Positions 9,602 to 19,016 of a DNA stretch of 29,708 nucleotides are shown here, in pieces. The position numbers were made by a program, and so were the translations under genes. Positions within the stretch are counted from its first letter, which is position 1. Each line of letters opens with the position of its first letter. Under the pieces are notes generated by a model that saw only the letters and a list, made by a program, of their open reading frames with translations, had not been told where the DNA came from and did not search any database. The DNA is taken from IMG/VR virus record IMGVR_UViG_2778261227_000004. One strand, 5' to 3'. This DNA is from a virus (lineage: Duplodnaviria; Heunggongvirae; Uroviricota; Caudoviricetes).

Positions 9602-10630
9602 TTATTTCACCTGAACTACCACAAACGCGTCCGGATCCGGCAACACCATCAACGGCGCAGACTGCGTCATGGTATATTCGCACCCCGGGTCCCCCACCTC
9701 TAACCAGTGTTTCGGATAACGAATTGCAGAGGTGATCCCTTCACTCAGCGCCTGGTTATCCTGGATTGCGCCATAACAACGGACACCCTCCACCTGAGTG
9801 TTTCCAAGAATCAGTGTGCCTTCCGGCAGATAACGCTGCTCATCCCCGTTTTCATCAACATACGTTGTTTTCGCCACCATGATGGCCAGATCACCGTAAT
9901 AACCTTTAAAAGAAACCACGGAACCCAGATCTTTCAGCGCGGTTTCCAGTTCAGATTTTGAGCCACGGCGGGTATCCAGTTTTTCACGAAACAGCTTAAA
10001 ACCGTTCAGCATACGCCAGACAGTACCGTCCATAATCGCAATATTGATGGTACCGGAAGCAAAATCGCAGTACGCATCCAGATCATGCGTCGGATCAAAG
10101 GTGTCAGCATTCTGTTTTGACCATTCGCGTCCCCCTGCCTGCGTAATGTTATTGGCGGCAGAACGACCAAAATCCACTTCCACCGTCTCAAACTGTTCAC
10201 CGCTCATGGTGTACTTACCCTGCAGAACAGCGCTGACCGCCTGCATTTCTTCCACCTGCACAATCGCTTGCTCTTCCTGTTTCAGGTTGTCAGTCAGAAT
10301 ACGCAGGCGACGGTAGGCCGGGTCATTAAGACGGGCCGGATCTTCCCCCGGAAGACGCTCCACCGCCTGCTGATAATCCAGCCGGTGTTTTGGTTTAACA
10401 TAGCCGGGGCGTAACACGCGGGTTTCACCACCACGACTGCGCAGTACCTTACCTGACACAACCGGAGACACATATGCCGCAACCGGTGTTTTTCCGGTGA
10501 TTTTATCCAGCATCACTTCCTGAGTATGGAAAGTGACCGTACGACGAAAAAACAGCTCCAGAAACAGCGCACGGAATTTCACTTTCTGCTCGGTGTAGCC
10601 GAGCAACTGACGCGTGGTAAATAACCCCAT
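9602..10630 (-). CDS. E: major capsid protein E
   Basis: ATG 10630 preceded by AAAGGAAAG; ...FLELFF..., PGYVKPKH, AIVQVEEMQAVSAVLQGKYTM, KLDTRRGSKSELETA and TMTQSAPLMVLPDPD match lambda gpE. Confidence 0.9.
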   Translation of the reverse strand: MGLFTTRQLLGYTEQKVKFRALFLELFFRRTVTFHTQEVMLDKITGKTPVAAYVSPVVSGKVLRSRGGETRVLRPGYVKPKHRLDYQQAVERLPGEDPARLNDPAYRRLRILTDNLKQEEQAIVQVEEMQAVSAVLQGKYTMSGEQFETVEVDFGRSAANNITQAGGREWSKQNADTFDPTHDLDAYCDFASGTINIAIMDGTVWRMLNGFKLFREKLDTRRGSKSELETALKDLGSVVSFKGYYGDLAIMVAKTTYVDENGDEQRYLPEGTLILGNTQVEGVRCYGAIQDNQALSEGITSAIRYPKHWLEVGDPGCEYTMTQSAPLMVLPDPDAFVVVQVK

Positions 10631-10699
10631 AATTGACTTTCCTTTAAAAACACAAACGGGCCGCATCACGACCCGTTTTTTCAGTTAATCACTTCACCA

Positions 10700-11035
10700 T
10701 CAGGCGTGGCTGATGGCACTTCCCACAAACGCGTTGGCTTTTTTCACCGCATCCACCGAATCCGGCCAGACCAGCGATTCGGTGGCAAACGTACCGCTTT
10801 TGTAGTACGTCAGTGTGGGCTCGGTCCCGGCCAGCGCCAGTACCAGCACCCCCACAGCCGTTCCGGCTTTCTGACCATCCCATGCCACCAGTTTTCCGCT
10901 GGCGTCATCCAGCATCAGTGGCGTCAGTGAAGGCGTGGCAACACTGATACCACTGGTACCTGTTGCGGTATATACCGGATCGCTTCCGGCAAAAATGCGC
11001 CCGTCCGCGCGCTTTTCTGTGGTGGTTTTAATCAT
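10700..11035 (-). CDS. D: head decoration protein D
   Basis: ATG 11035 preceded by CAGGAGA; ...TPLMLD...KLVAWDG...YYKSGTF... resembles lambda gpD. Confidence 0.8.
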   Translation of the reverse strand: MIKTTTEKRADGRIFAGSDPVYTATGTSGISVATPSLTPLMLDDASGKLVAWDGQKAGTAVGVLVLALAGTEPTLTYYKSGTFATESLVWPDSVDAVKKANAFVGSAISHA

Positions 11036-11075
11036 TTTCTCAGTCTCCTGATTTATCTGAATCACGGATCCCCGC

Positions 11076-12692
11076 TTACGGCATACTCATCAGCAGTTCT
11101 TCTTCCCCGTTCCCGGCAGTTCCGCCACCGGAAACGGCACTGGCGGCATGCTGTGCCATGAAGCGCTCAAAAAGTGTTACCTGTGACGGTTGCGATACTG
11201 ATGGCGCAGCTGCCAGCAGCGTTTTCGCCTGCTCCACTGTCATTCCAGGTTGTTCAGCCAGCGCCTGTGCCAGTTTTTCGCGTCCTTTTGCTTCCGGCAA
11301 CGCAATAATTTGATCGCCGGTACTTGCCGTACCGGTTGCCGGTGCCGCTGCCAGTAGCATTTTCGCCTGTTCCACCGTCATTCCCGGCTGTTCAGCCAGC
11401 GCCTGTGCGAGTTGTTCACGCCCTTTTGCTTCCGGAAGTGCCATAATCTGCTCGCCGGTACTTGCCGCACCGGCAATCGGTGCCGCTGCCAGTAACGTTT
11501 TCGCCTGCTCCACCGTCATTCCCGGCTGTTCAGCCAGCGTCCGTGCCAGTTGTTCACGTCCTTTTGCTTCCGGAAGTGCCACAATCTGATCGCCTGTGCT
11601 GTCAGTACCGGCAACCGGTGCTGCCGCCAGTAATGTTTTTGCCTGCTCAACTGACATTCCCTGCTGACCTGCCAGCATCTGCGCCAGTTTTTCGCGTCCT
11701 TTCGCCTCCTGACAATTCAGGATCCCCATCACGCGCTGATTTTCCTGGGACACCGCTTCAGCAACGGTGAGATTTTTTGTTGTCATCGTATTCTCCTGTG
11801 TAACAGAGTCGTTCAGAGCAGAAACCATTACATCAACGGCATCTGCAGCATTAATCAGTTGATCAGCCAGGCCTGTATCAATGCCTGCCTGACCGTCATA
11901 AACGGCAGCCTCGGTATTCATCACCACCGCTGAACTCAGCCCCGTATAAAGTGCCACCTTGTCGACAAACATCCGGCGGGCCTCATCAATACGGCGCTGA
12001 AAATCCGCACGCACACCTGTCGGCAACGCCTGAATACTGTTGCCGTCAACCTTGTGCTGCCCGGAGTAAATCAGCGTGATATCCACGCCTTCCTGTGCCA
12101 GTTGTTTCTCGTAACTGGTGTGCGCCATCATCACACCAATCGAACCAATTTTTGCCGTCTGCGTGACCAGCCGACGCGTACAGGCCGCCGCCAGCAACAT
12201 GGCGGCTGAACAGGCCATGTCATTACACAGCGCCCACACGGGCTTCTGTTCCCGCAGACGGTAAATCATGTCAGCACAGTCAAACGCCCCGGCAGCCTGA
12301 CCGCCCGGACTGTCGATATCCAGTAAAATGCCGCGTACATCCGGGTCGTTCACCGCTGACTTAAGACGGGCAGTCAGACCGTCATAACCGGTCATACCGG
12401 AATATGGCCGCAGGGTACCCATTTTATGTACCAGCGTGCCGCTCACCGGCAGAATGGCAATACCATTTTTCACCTGGTAACTCTTTACCAGACGCGGACC
12501 ACCAGTCATATAATCGGTAACCGCCAGCTGCATACCATCGGAATCAAGCTGAACGGCCTGCTGCGGAACGGCAAGGCTGCCCGCCCCCATCTCCTTACCC
12601 AGTGCGCAAAAGAAAACCCGCGCATAGGCGGGTTCCAGTAAAAGCGGCTCATTAAATGCCATCGCGGCAATATGTGATAAATTACAGCGCAT
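11076..12692 (-). CDS. C: capsid assembly protease C with in-frame scaffold (Nu3-like) C-terminal region
   Basis: 538-aa ORF; N-terminus ...HIAAMAFNEPLLLEPAYARVFFCAL... and S49/ClpP-like core (GQAAGAFDCADMIY, ALCNDMACSAAMLLAAA, TGSIGVMMAH) match lambda gpC; C-terminal third holds the repeats below. Confidence 0.85.
   Translation of the reverse strand: MRCNLSHIAAMAFNEPLLLEPAYARVFFCALGKEMGAGSLAVPQQAVQLDSDGMQLAVTDYMTGGPRLVKSYQVKNGIAILPVSGTLVHKMGTLRPYSGMTGYDGLTARLKSAVNDPDVRGILLDIDSPGGQAAGAFDCADMIYRLREQKPVWALCNDMACSAAMLLAAACTRRLVTQTAKIGSIGVMMAHTSYEKQLAQEGVDITLIYSGQHKVDGNSIQALPTGVRADFQRRIDEARRMFVDKVALYTGLSSAVVMNTEAAVYDGQAGIDTGLADQLINAADAVDVMVSALNDSVTQENTMTTKNLTVAEAVSQENQRVMGILNCQEAKGREKLAQMLAGQQGMSVEQAKTLLAAAPVAGTDSTGDQIVALPEAKGREQLARTLAEQPGMTVEQAKTLLAAAPIAGAASTGEQIMALPEAKGREQLAQALAEQPGMTVEQAKMLLAAAPATGTASTGDQIIALPEAKGREKLAQALAEQPGMTVEQAKTLLAAAPSVSQPSQVTLFERFMAQHAASAVSGGGTAGNGEEELLMSMP
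11160..11710. repeat. four tandem in-frame 138-bp repeats (46-aa unit ALPEAKGREQLAxxLAEQPGMTVEQAKTLLAAAP...TGxQI) inside C/Nu3
   Basis: The motif GCTGCCAG(C/T)A recurs at about 11209, 11347, 11485 and 11623 (period 138 bp); the protein shows four near-identical 46-aa units. Confidence 0.85.
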
Positions 12693-14253
12693 CGCCTTTT
12701 TCTCCCGTTGTCTGTCGGATCTGCTGTTGAAACGCGTTCTTTATCCAGACCGGACGCGGAAGACCGGCAGCCTGTCGCTCCTGAGTTTCCCGTAGCTGCT
12801 GGCGGAAAATCTCCTGATAGTCATCCCCCATCAGGGCCAGCTCTTTCTCGTATGTACTCAGGCCGCCTTCAATGCGCATCACCGCTTCCTGCACTTCCTT
12901 AAGGCCATCAATCGCCATACGACCGGCACCAATCCACTCGGCACGGCACCACCCGGAACGGGCCTCCCAGAATGAGAAACGGGATTTCGGCGGACGGATC
13001 ACACCACGAATAAGGGCTTCCTCCAGCCAGCAGGCAAACATCTGTGACGCCAGGCGACTGGCCACAAATTTTCGTTTTCCCATAAAATACCGCCACGACT
13101 CATTGGCGGATGCCCTGGCACTGGAATAACTGACCTGTGAATAATCCCGGGAAAGCTGCTCATACGACACACCCAGTCCGGCAGCAATGTAACGTAACAG
13201 CGCCTTTTCCAGTTCAGAAAAACCATTATCCGCATTCTGGGCTGTCTGCAGATTCAGTGAATCTCCCGGGTAAAGATGCGGAATACGGACCCCGCCCAGT
13301 TTTACCGTATTGGTGGCGTAATAACGCGCGTAGCCTTTCATGATGGTGTTCAGGGGATTTTTACCTCCATCTCCCACCCCGGCGATATATTCAAACGCTT
13401 TTTCCGAATCCAGTGTGGATTCAATCGTGGCGGCATACATGGCGCGAACCACCGCCGACTGCAGTTGCGTGGCCTGCAGTGTGTCGAGCATCTTGAGACG
13501 CTCCATTACAGAATAAAACTGGTTGGCCCCGCGGGTCTGCCCGTCTTCCTGTGGCTGAAACACATGGATCATTCCCGGTCGTCCGGAAGGCAGTGTTGCC
13601 GTAATTCGTGTCCATTTACTGACACCGTAGCCGGGCCAGTCATCATCCTGAACATGGTAGGCCAGCGCTTTTCCGTGTCGGTTTATTTCCACCCCGGCAC
13701 GCATAAAACGATCGCCGGTACCATAACCGGGTGTACTGACACGCTTCGGGCTGATGGTTTTGAATTTCGTCCGGAATAATGACGTGGAGTCCGCATCCCA
13801 TACGGGCTGGACAAAAATTTCACCGTTAAACGTATGGACCCCCACCCCTTCACGAATGAATTCGGTAAACGAACGACGCCCTTCCACATCCATCGTACCA
13901 AACACCGGATCGCAGTATTCCATCCACGCCGCCTCAACATCTTCAATAAAAGCATGTGAATCTGCTTCCGACATCCCCAGCCAGCGCCAGTTGGGACGGT
14001 AACTCAGACGAAACATGTGCCCGACAATATGATCCTTATGAATTTCCACTGCATTCGATGCAATACCGTTGTTACGGACCAGATCATCCGCGCGGGCGTT
14101 ACCCAGATGAATGGAAGGTAAGAGCGCCACGTCGGCACTTTCCGGTGCAGGCAGCCATTCTGCCATTTGCCCACCGAACCCGGAACCACCACCAGAATAT
14201 CCCATGCTTTGCCGTAAAGGCTGCCCATGAATATCCACCAGTTCTCCGTTCAC
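12682..14253 (-). CDS. B: portal protein B
   Basis: 523-aa ORF, GTG start overlapping W stop; GGGSGFGGQ, ARADDLVRNNG, GDSLNLQTAQ, SELEKALLRYIAAGLGVSYEQLSRDY and MAIDGLKEVQEAVM match lambda gpB. Confidence 0.9.
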   Translation of the reverse strand: MNGELVDIHGQPLRQSMGYSGGGSGFGGQMAEWLPAPESADVALLPSIHLGNARADDLVRNNGIASNAVEIHKDHIVGHMFRLSYRPNWRWLGMSEADSHAFIEDVEAAWMEYCDPVFGTMDVEGRRSFTEFIREGVGVHTFNGEIFVQPVWDADSTSLFRTKFKTISPKRVSTPGYGTGDRFMRAGVEINRHGKALAYHVQDDDWPGYGVSKWTRITATLPSGRPGMIHVFQPQEDGQTRGANQFYSVMERLKMLDTLQATQLQSAVVRAMYAATIESTLDSEKAFEYIAGVGDGGKNPLNTIMKGYARYYATNTVKLGGVRIPHLYPGDSLNLQTAQNADNGFSELEKALLRYIAAGLGVSYEQLSRDYSQVSYSSARASANESWRYFMGKRKFVASRLASQMFACWLEEALIRGVIRPPKSRFSFWEARSGWCRAEWIGAGRMAIDGLKEVQEAVMRIEGGLSTYEKELALMGDDYQEIFRQQLRETQERQAAGLPRPVWIKNAFQQQIRQTTGEKGDAL

Positions 14254-14459
14254 AGCCCCACTCCTGCCGGGCCACGACGCCGTCCGGATACACCCAGCGC
14301 ACTTTCCAGCTCTTCAATATACTGACGCAGTTCACCAATTGTCGCCCGCGAATACTGAACCTGACGCCCGTCCTTGCTGACGGAAACCACAGCACGTCCG
14401 ATCATCAGTTCATGTAACGCCCGGCGGGCATCGCATAGCATTTCATGCGTATAAATCAT
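14250..14459 (-). CDS. W: head-tail joining protein W
   Basis: ATG 14459 preceded by GGAGG; ...ARRALHELMIGRAVVSVSKDGRQVQYSRATIGELRQYIEELE...RRRGPAG matches lambda gpW. Confidence 0.8.
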   Translation of the reverse strand: MIYTHEMLCDARRALHELMIGRAVVSVSKDGRQVQYSRATIGELRQYIEELESALGVSGRRRGPAGVGL

Positions 14460-14462
14460 CAC

Positions 14463-16379
14463 TTATCCTCCACTCAGAGCAGCCGCGATTTCTTCAATAG
14501 TCATTTCATCGTCGTCCTGTTCATCTCTTCTGGCGCGGGCCAGTGCATCCAGATCCAGTTGCCACCGCTGAACGGAAATGCGCAGCGCTGCATAGGCATA
14601 CACCAGACAGTCCAGAGCTTCATTACGCCGTTTTCTGGCATCCCACTGGAGTTTCACCCGCCCGTTCACAACTTTTTCAACCAGCTCTTCTGCCACGAGT
14701 TGTTTAGCTTCAACATCAGAAAAAATGTCCGGGTTATCCGGAAAACGGAAGGTATACGGTGCGACTTCACTGGCAGATACCACCGGCAGGGCAAAACGCG
14801 CATACAGCATTTCCTTGACGGTATCGGAACCCACCTCACACAAAAACACCCCACGCTGGTTTCGCTTTTTTGGCATGGTGATCACCGGCTTGCCGTACAC
14901 CGACGCCCCTTTGATGGGGAGCACAAAAAAAGTGCCGTGTTTTCTGGATCGCTGATACACAATGTCCTGGTCAATACCACCGGTATCCCAGCAGACGCGG
15001 GAAATGGAAATTTCAGTGCCATCTGCATGACGGTATTTTTTCCGGATCACGGCATCAACGCGTTTAAGGGTGTCCTCATCTTCCGGTCTCCCCATGATGA
15101 TCTGCTTGTCAATCAGAAAAGCTTCTTCGCCAGGAGCCCAGCCCCAGACATAAATCTCATAACGGTTTTTCTGAGAGTCGATCCCTGCGGTCAGGTAAAC
15201 CACCCGCAGGGGAACCTGCGCATCATAGTGGCAGACTTTTTCCAGCAACAACTCAAAGCTCAGTTTTTCTGCCACAGCCTCTTCATAAGGCTCCCCCAGC
15301 GTGGTGTTAATGAACGTCTTGACGCCATTCGGATCCTTCAGTGCATCAAGCCAGTCATAAACAATCTGTACCCAGGTGGTGAACGGGCTGTATGCCGTCC
15401 AGATGTGGTACGAGATTGAGCGCGGTGGCGGGATTTCCTCATCACCGGCGCTGTAAAATGTCAGACCGTCACGCGTCCACATCCCGGTATTGTCACAAAT
15501 CCACCGCCCGTCGGTCTGGTCAAGTTCCGACTGACGGATCACGCAGCCATTATGTTCACACAGGTAATACACCGTCTCCGGCTTGCCCTTCTCCCATTTC
15601 AGGCCAAAGGTTGTCGTATCATCGCCAAACTTCAGATACTGGGCTTCACCACAATGAGGGCATGGCACATAAAACCGCATAAAATGCGCAGATTCGTTCG
15701 CGGCTTTTTCAATCTGGCAAAAACCTTTAATTTTGGGCGTTGAGCCACGTATGGATTTAGGCCATACCGAACCTTCGATACGCTTATCGCCAAGCAGGGT
15801 TGGTGAACCTTCTTTTTCCACATCCGGTTCAAACGAGGAGAGTTCGTCATAGCAGACCACATCCACAGATTTTTCACGGTAGTTTTTGGCAGCAGCTCCG
15901 CCCAGACACCAGAATCCCACACCGGAGGAGAAACGTTTCAGGGTAAGCGTGTTGTCCCGATGTTTTCTGCCAAACCACGGAGCCAGCTCCAGTAATACAG
16001 GAACGTCTCTTATCGTTGGTTCGACATGGGATTTCATAAAATCTTCTGCCGCAGAATCTGTCGGCTGAAAAAGCAGGCTGTTACGGGATTTGTGTTCAAT
16101 AAAATAAGCCTCCACCCCCAACAGCATTTTGGTGTAACCAACACGCGCCGATTTAATCAGATTAACGGTGCGGATCCGGTCATTCCCCATGCTGTTCATG
16201 ATGGCAACCTGAAACGGCAGTGTTTCCCATTGCCCGGGAGTATATGAAGACTCTTTTGGCAGATAATAATGCTGATCAGCCCACTGAACTGTCGTCAGTG
16301 GTACCGGAATATTGAGAGATACAAGCCCTGTTGCTATCGCACCGGCTGCATTAGCTGCCTTCTGTGCGTCTGAAATCAT
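14463..16379 (-). CDS. A: terminase large subunit A
   Basis: ATG 16379; [69 protein letters not shown] and LTAGIDSQ match lambda gpA; overlaps Nu1 3' end as in lambda. Confidence 0.9.
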   Translation of the reverse strand: MISDAQKAANAAGAIATGLVSLNIPVPLTTVQWADQHYYLPKESSYTPGQWETLPFQVAIMNSMGNDRIRTVNLIKSARVGYTKMLLGVEAYFIEHKSRNSLLFQPTDSAAEDFMKSHVEPTIRDVPVLLELAPWFGRKHRDNTLTLKRFSSGVGFWCLGGAAAKNYREKSVDVVCYDELSSFEPDVEKEGSPTLLGDKRIEGSVWPKSIRGSTPKIKGFCQIEKAANESAHFMRFYVPCPHCGEAQYLKFGDDTTTFGLKWEKGKPETVYYLCEHNGCVIRQSELDQTDGRWICDNTGMWTRDGLTFYSAGDEEIPPPRSISYHIWTAYSPFTTWVQIVYDWLDALKDPNGVKTFINTTLGEPYEEAVAEKLSFELLLEKVCHYDAQVPLRVVYLTAGIDSQKNRYEIYVWGWAPGEEAFLIDKQIIMGRPEDEDTLKRVDAVIRKKYRHADGTEISISRVCWDTGGIDQDIVYQRSRKHGTFFVLPIKGASVYGKPVITMPKKRNQRGVFLCEVGSDTVKEMLYARFALPVVSASEVAPYTFRFPDNPDIFSDVEAKQLVAEELVEKVVNGRVKLQWDARKRRNEALDCLVYAYAALRISVQRWQLDLDALARARRDEQDDDEMTIEEIAAALSGG

Positions 16380-16899
16380 CAATCCACCCGCCTACGTTCT
16401 CACCAGCTTTAGCTGCAACGTTGGAGGCTTTTGCGATTTCAGTTTTCACCACATCAAGGTGTGACGGTGAAATATCCGGATATTTACGCTGTAATGTCAG
16501 CGGCACACGTACAAGTATCCCCGAAATCTCCTGTGCCACACGTTGCAGAATGAAGGTAAACAATTCCGTTTCCAGTACCAGCCCTTCTTCGCGGGCATTT
16601 TTCAGTTCCTGTGCATCAGCCTGTGCTTTTGTGAGTCGGTAGCGCTCATAGTCAATGGTGCCGGGTTGTAAATCTGATTCCGCAGCCGCACGCAAATCCT
16701 CGGTCTCTTTGCGGAGTTTTTCGTTTTCAATATCGGCTTCGCGCTGCGCATACCACTGAATTGCCATGGCGGTATCAAATACAGATTCAACCCCCTTACT
16801 ACCACCAGAGACACAAGAGAGCCCCTGAGACTGCCAGCGTTCAATCGTTCGTGGATCCACGTTGAAAATTTCCGCTAGCTTCTTTTTATTAACCTTCAT
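16351..16899 (-). CDS. nu1: terminase small subunit Nu1
   Basis: Start placed at ATG 16899 ([26 protein letters not shown]...); [15 protein letters not shown] and [26 protein letters not shown] match lambda gpNu1. Confidence 0.85.
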   Translation of the reverse strand: MKVNKKKLAEIFNVDPRTIERWQSQGLSCVSGGSKGVESVFDTAMAIQWYAQREADIENEKLRKETEDLRAAAESDLQPGTIDYERYRLTKAQADAQELKNAREEGLVLETELFTFILQRVAQEISGILVRVPLTLQRKYPDISPSHLDVVKTEIAKASNVAAKAGENVGGWIDDFRRTEGS

Positions 16900-16923
16900 A
16901 AAACATTTCCATATCAAATGCAG

Positions 16924-17035
16924 GGTCCGACATGGAAGTGCTCAAAAACGTCTTTTTCGGGCACTTTCATGTCGGACCTTTTACGGATGTGATTGATGAA
17001 AAAACAATGAGTTATACACGAGAAGTACCGACACG
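16924..17035. promoter_or_regulatory. cosB-like region with inverted terminase-binding (R-type) elements
   Basis: 18-bp arms GGTCCGACATGGAAGTGC (16924-16941) and GCACTTTCATGTCGGACC (16961-16978) are inverted copies with one mismatch; a third related CCGACAC element lies near 17020-17035. Placement mirrors lambda cosB R1/R2/R3. Confidence 0.5.
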
Positions 17036-17044
17036 CTTTTTCCC

Positions 17045-17110
17045 GAAAAATTTTCATAAATAGCGAAAATCCGCGCCGCTGCCGCCCCGTGGCAGACCAC
17101 CCCACCGGAA
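17045..17110. other. cos site (cosN with flanking cosQ-side sequence)
   Basis: Minus strand reads GCGGGTCCTTCCGGTG...ACGGGGCGGCAGCGGCGCGGATTTTCGCTATTTATGAAAA, strongly resembling recalled lambda ACGGGTCCTTTCCGGTG...ACGGGGCGGCGACCTCGCGGGTTTTCGCTATTTATGAAAA; putative 12-nt cohesive end GGGCGGCAGCGG at about 17076-17087. Confidence 0.7.
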
Positions 17111-17486
17111 GGACCCGCACAAATGAGAGCATTTATCATTAACATTTACAGATAAGATGACGTACATCATTGAAACGCCATTCAGCCATATACCGGCAGC
17201 ATTCGTAGTTGCACTCCGTAACCCTGCGACTAAGGTTGAAAGTATGGCCATCTTTTGCCACCGGCAAATCTTTACTGGATTTCCCCTGCCGGTTTTTTAT
17301 TTTCGTCGATGCATAACATTGCATTTACATCAATACCAGCTAATGTCATATGTATGTTTTACTGAAGCATGGGTGGTATTAGCGGTCTTCGCCAGCCGGT
17401 TCTGTGTAGCTGCTCCCTGTGACCGGTTTTTTATTTCTCACATTATCGCAGCCCCTCTGTGTGAAGGGCTGCTGTAATGCCTGCTG

Positions 17487-17783
17487 TTACTCAGTAACGA
17501 CCGCGCCTTCCGGTAATTTCATACCGGCAAATACCGGACAGCCAGGATGGCGATCATCTTCTGTTGCTTCCAGCATTGACTCACCAAACCACTCCGTCGT
17601 GGCGCGACCATCAGCAGCTTTGTAGTGGAGTAAGTACTGGTTTTCGCCATCCGCATACTGAGCGCGGGCTTTAACCTCACCCCATTCATCACTGATGCAC
17701 ATTTCCACCAGTTGTGAAAGTTCAAACTTAAACGGAACAGCCACAGCACCAATTACAACCGGTTTGTTTTCTGTTTTTTCCAT
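17487..17783 (-). CDS. hypothetical acidic 98-aa protein (cos-proximal late-region cargo)
   Basis: ATG 17783 preceded by GGAGA and immediately after a terminator; family not recognised. Confidence 0.55.
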   Translation of the reverse strand: MEKTENKPVVIGAVAVPFKFELSQLVEMCISDEWGEVKARAQYADGENQYLLHYKAADGRATTEWFGESMLEATEDDRHPGCPVFAGMKLPEGAVVTE

Positions 17784-17796
17784 TATCGTCTCCAGA

Positions 17797-17826
17797 TATA
17801 AAAAAGCCCCGCATTTGCGGGGCTAC
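17797..17826 (-). terminator. rho-independent terminator
   Basis: Minus strand GCCCCGCAAATGCGGGGC followed by TTTTTTAT. Confidence 0.7.
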
Positions 17827-17845
17827 AAACAGGCATCACAGCCAG

Positions 17846-18061
17846 TTAGCCAAGTCCGACAGACATAAAATCATCACTACCTAAACGATGGGAACCATAA
17901 CGAACTTCATACTCCCCATTCAATTCAGAGCGTTTAGACTTTGCGCCATCCTCCGTTGCATAAATACCGACCAGATGCCACGGTTTGTCACGTACAATAG
18001 CCCAACCCAGAACCCATCCCTGATTATCAGGATCAGCCTTCAGGTTATTTTCTACAAACAT
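17846..18061 (-). CDS. hypothetical 71-aa protein
   Basis: ATG 18061 preceded by AAGGAGA (MFVENNLKADPDNQGWVLGW...); the longer ORF start at 18091 lacks an RBS. Confidence 0.5.
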   Translation of the reverse strand: MFVENNLKADPDNQGWVLGWAIVRDKPWHLVGIYATEDGAKSKRSELNGEYEVRYGSHRLGSDDFMSVGLG

Positions 18062-18104
18062 AGTGTTCTCCTTTTGGGTACCCGGAGACATTCTATGTCA
18101 TTCA

Positions 18105-18326
18105 TTAAACAGGCAACAACGTGGCTGTTACAATCTCCGCCATATTCGCGTTAAGATCACATTCAACAGAAATTTCTTCATCCGTGGCATCCACTTCATA
18201 TGTCCTGGAATAACATTCCGTGCATTTACCACTGAAGATATCCTTAACCAGAACACGTCCACGCTGCAAAACCCTGAATGGAATCGTTCCGTTAAAGGGC
18301 TTTACGGTTACCAGTAATCTCTTCAT
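18105..18326 (-). CDS. hypothetical 73-aa protein
   Basis: ATG 18326 preceded by GGAGGGG (MKRLLVTVKPFNGTIPFRVLQRG...); family not recognised. Confidence 0.5.
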   Translation of the reverse strand: MKRLLVTVKPFNGTIPFRVLQRGRVLVKDIFSGKCTECYSRTYEVDATDEEISVECDLNANMAEIVTATLLPV

Positions 18327-18499
18327 ATCCCCTCCAGATAAAAATGCCCCTTGCCGCCCGGGCTGTTGTTCAAAGTTCATCCTGATTCGGCAAGATTCAG
18401 AATGTATAAGACAAATTGGCACACACAGCAGAATTTCATGCTTTCTGGACGCTGGCGCATCCTTCATTTTTCAGCGAAATATTCTGCTCTTACAGGCGA

Positions 18500-18682
18500 T
18501 CAGCTCTGCAGACACTGTCGAACACCGTCGACAATTTCGCAGACCTGAGAAGCCGTATCGAAAAGTTGGCGCGCCTTATCCAGGCTGACGCACCCCACCA
18601 ATAAAAAAGGCACCAGTATCGCTACCAGTGCCCATTTTGCCGCCGCTCGCGGCATTCTGTGTGTCCAGTGTTTTCGGCTCAT
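18500..18682 (-). CDS. small predicted lipoprotein (60 aa; lipobox LVGC, mature part about 30 aa with three Cys)
   Basis: MSRKHWTHRMPRAAAKWALVAILVPFLLVGCVSLDKARQLF...: basic N-region, hydrophobic core and L-V-G-C lipobox; ATG is 1 nt after the upstream peptide stop. Confidence 0.5.
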   Translation of the reverse strand: MSRKHWTHRMPRAAAKWALVAILVPFLLVGCVSLDKARQLFDTASQVCEIVDGVRQCLQS

Positions 18683-18683
18683 A

Positions 18684-18797
18684 TCACCACCAACGCACAG
18701 CCCAAATCAGAACAGCGACCGCCACAAGGCGAATTGCAAAGGCCGCAGCCCTTGTCAAATCAAGGCTCGCGGGAGTTTCCACTTCAATACCTTTCAT
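18684..18797 (-). CDS. 37-aa peptide with C-terminal transmembrane helix
   Basis: ATG 18797 with GAGG about 9 nt upstream; MKGIEVETPASLDLTRAAAFAIRLVAVAVLIWAVRWW; stop is coupled to the lipoprotein start. Below the ORF-track size cutoff. Confidence 0.4.
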   Translation of the reverse strand: MKGIEVETPASLDLTRAAAFAIRLVAVAVLIWAVRWW

Positions 18798-18886
18798 AAT
18801 GGACAACCTCAAAAAGAATCTTTTATACTTTCCCACGAGGATTTTCTCCGTACTCACTACTCACAATTTTCTCTTTGACGTGAAAA

Positions 18887-18925
18887 CTAAAAACCCCGGA
18901 CTGTTCCAGCAGCCGGGGTTTTTGC
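18887..18925. terminator. bidirectional rho-independent terminator after the endolysin
   Basis: AAAAACCCCGG...CCGGGGTTTTT: GC stem flanked by A-run and T-run. Confidence 0.7.
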
Positions 18926-19016
18926 TATCTGATGCTGTACCCCTTACTTTCACTCATCGTAACCCCAGAAAAGAGCCTGCGTGAGTTGAGGGTGTTCAGC
19001 ACTTCAGCGTCAGTTT

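Noticed and set aside
11160-11710. Tandem 138-bp repeats considered as a possible CRISPR or other non-coding array
   Set aside because: Repeats are contiguous with no spacers and stay in frame within the C/Nu3 ORF; this is an intragenic coding repeat.
17110-17486. Plus-strand 106-aa ORF (17157-17477) and overlapping minus ORFs in the cos-adjacent interval
   Set aside because: No convincing RBS or start context, and the equivalent cosQ-side region in lambda is largely non-coding; more likely packaging-signal DNA. A small gene or ncRNA cannot be excluded.
18500-19016. Searched for Rz/Rz1-type spanins downstream of the endolysin
   Set aside because: No ORF with an N-terminal TM plus coiled coil of i-spanin size, and no embedded proline-rich lipoprotein; the small lipoprotein found is reported as a finding, not called a spanin.
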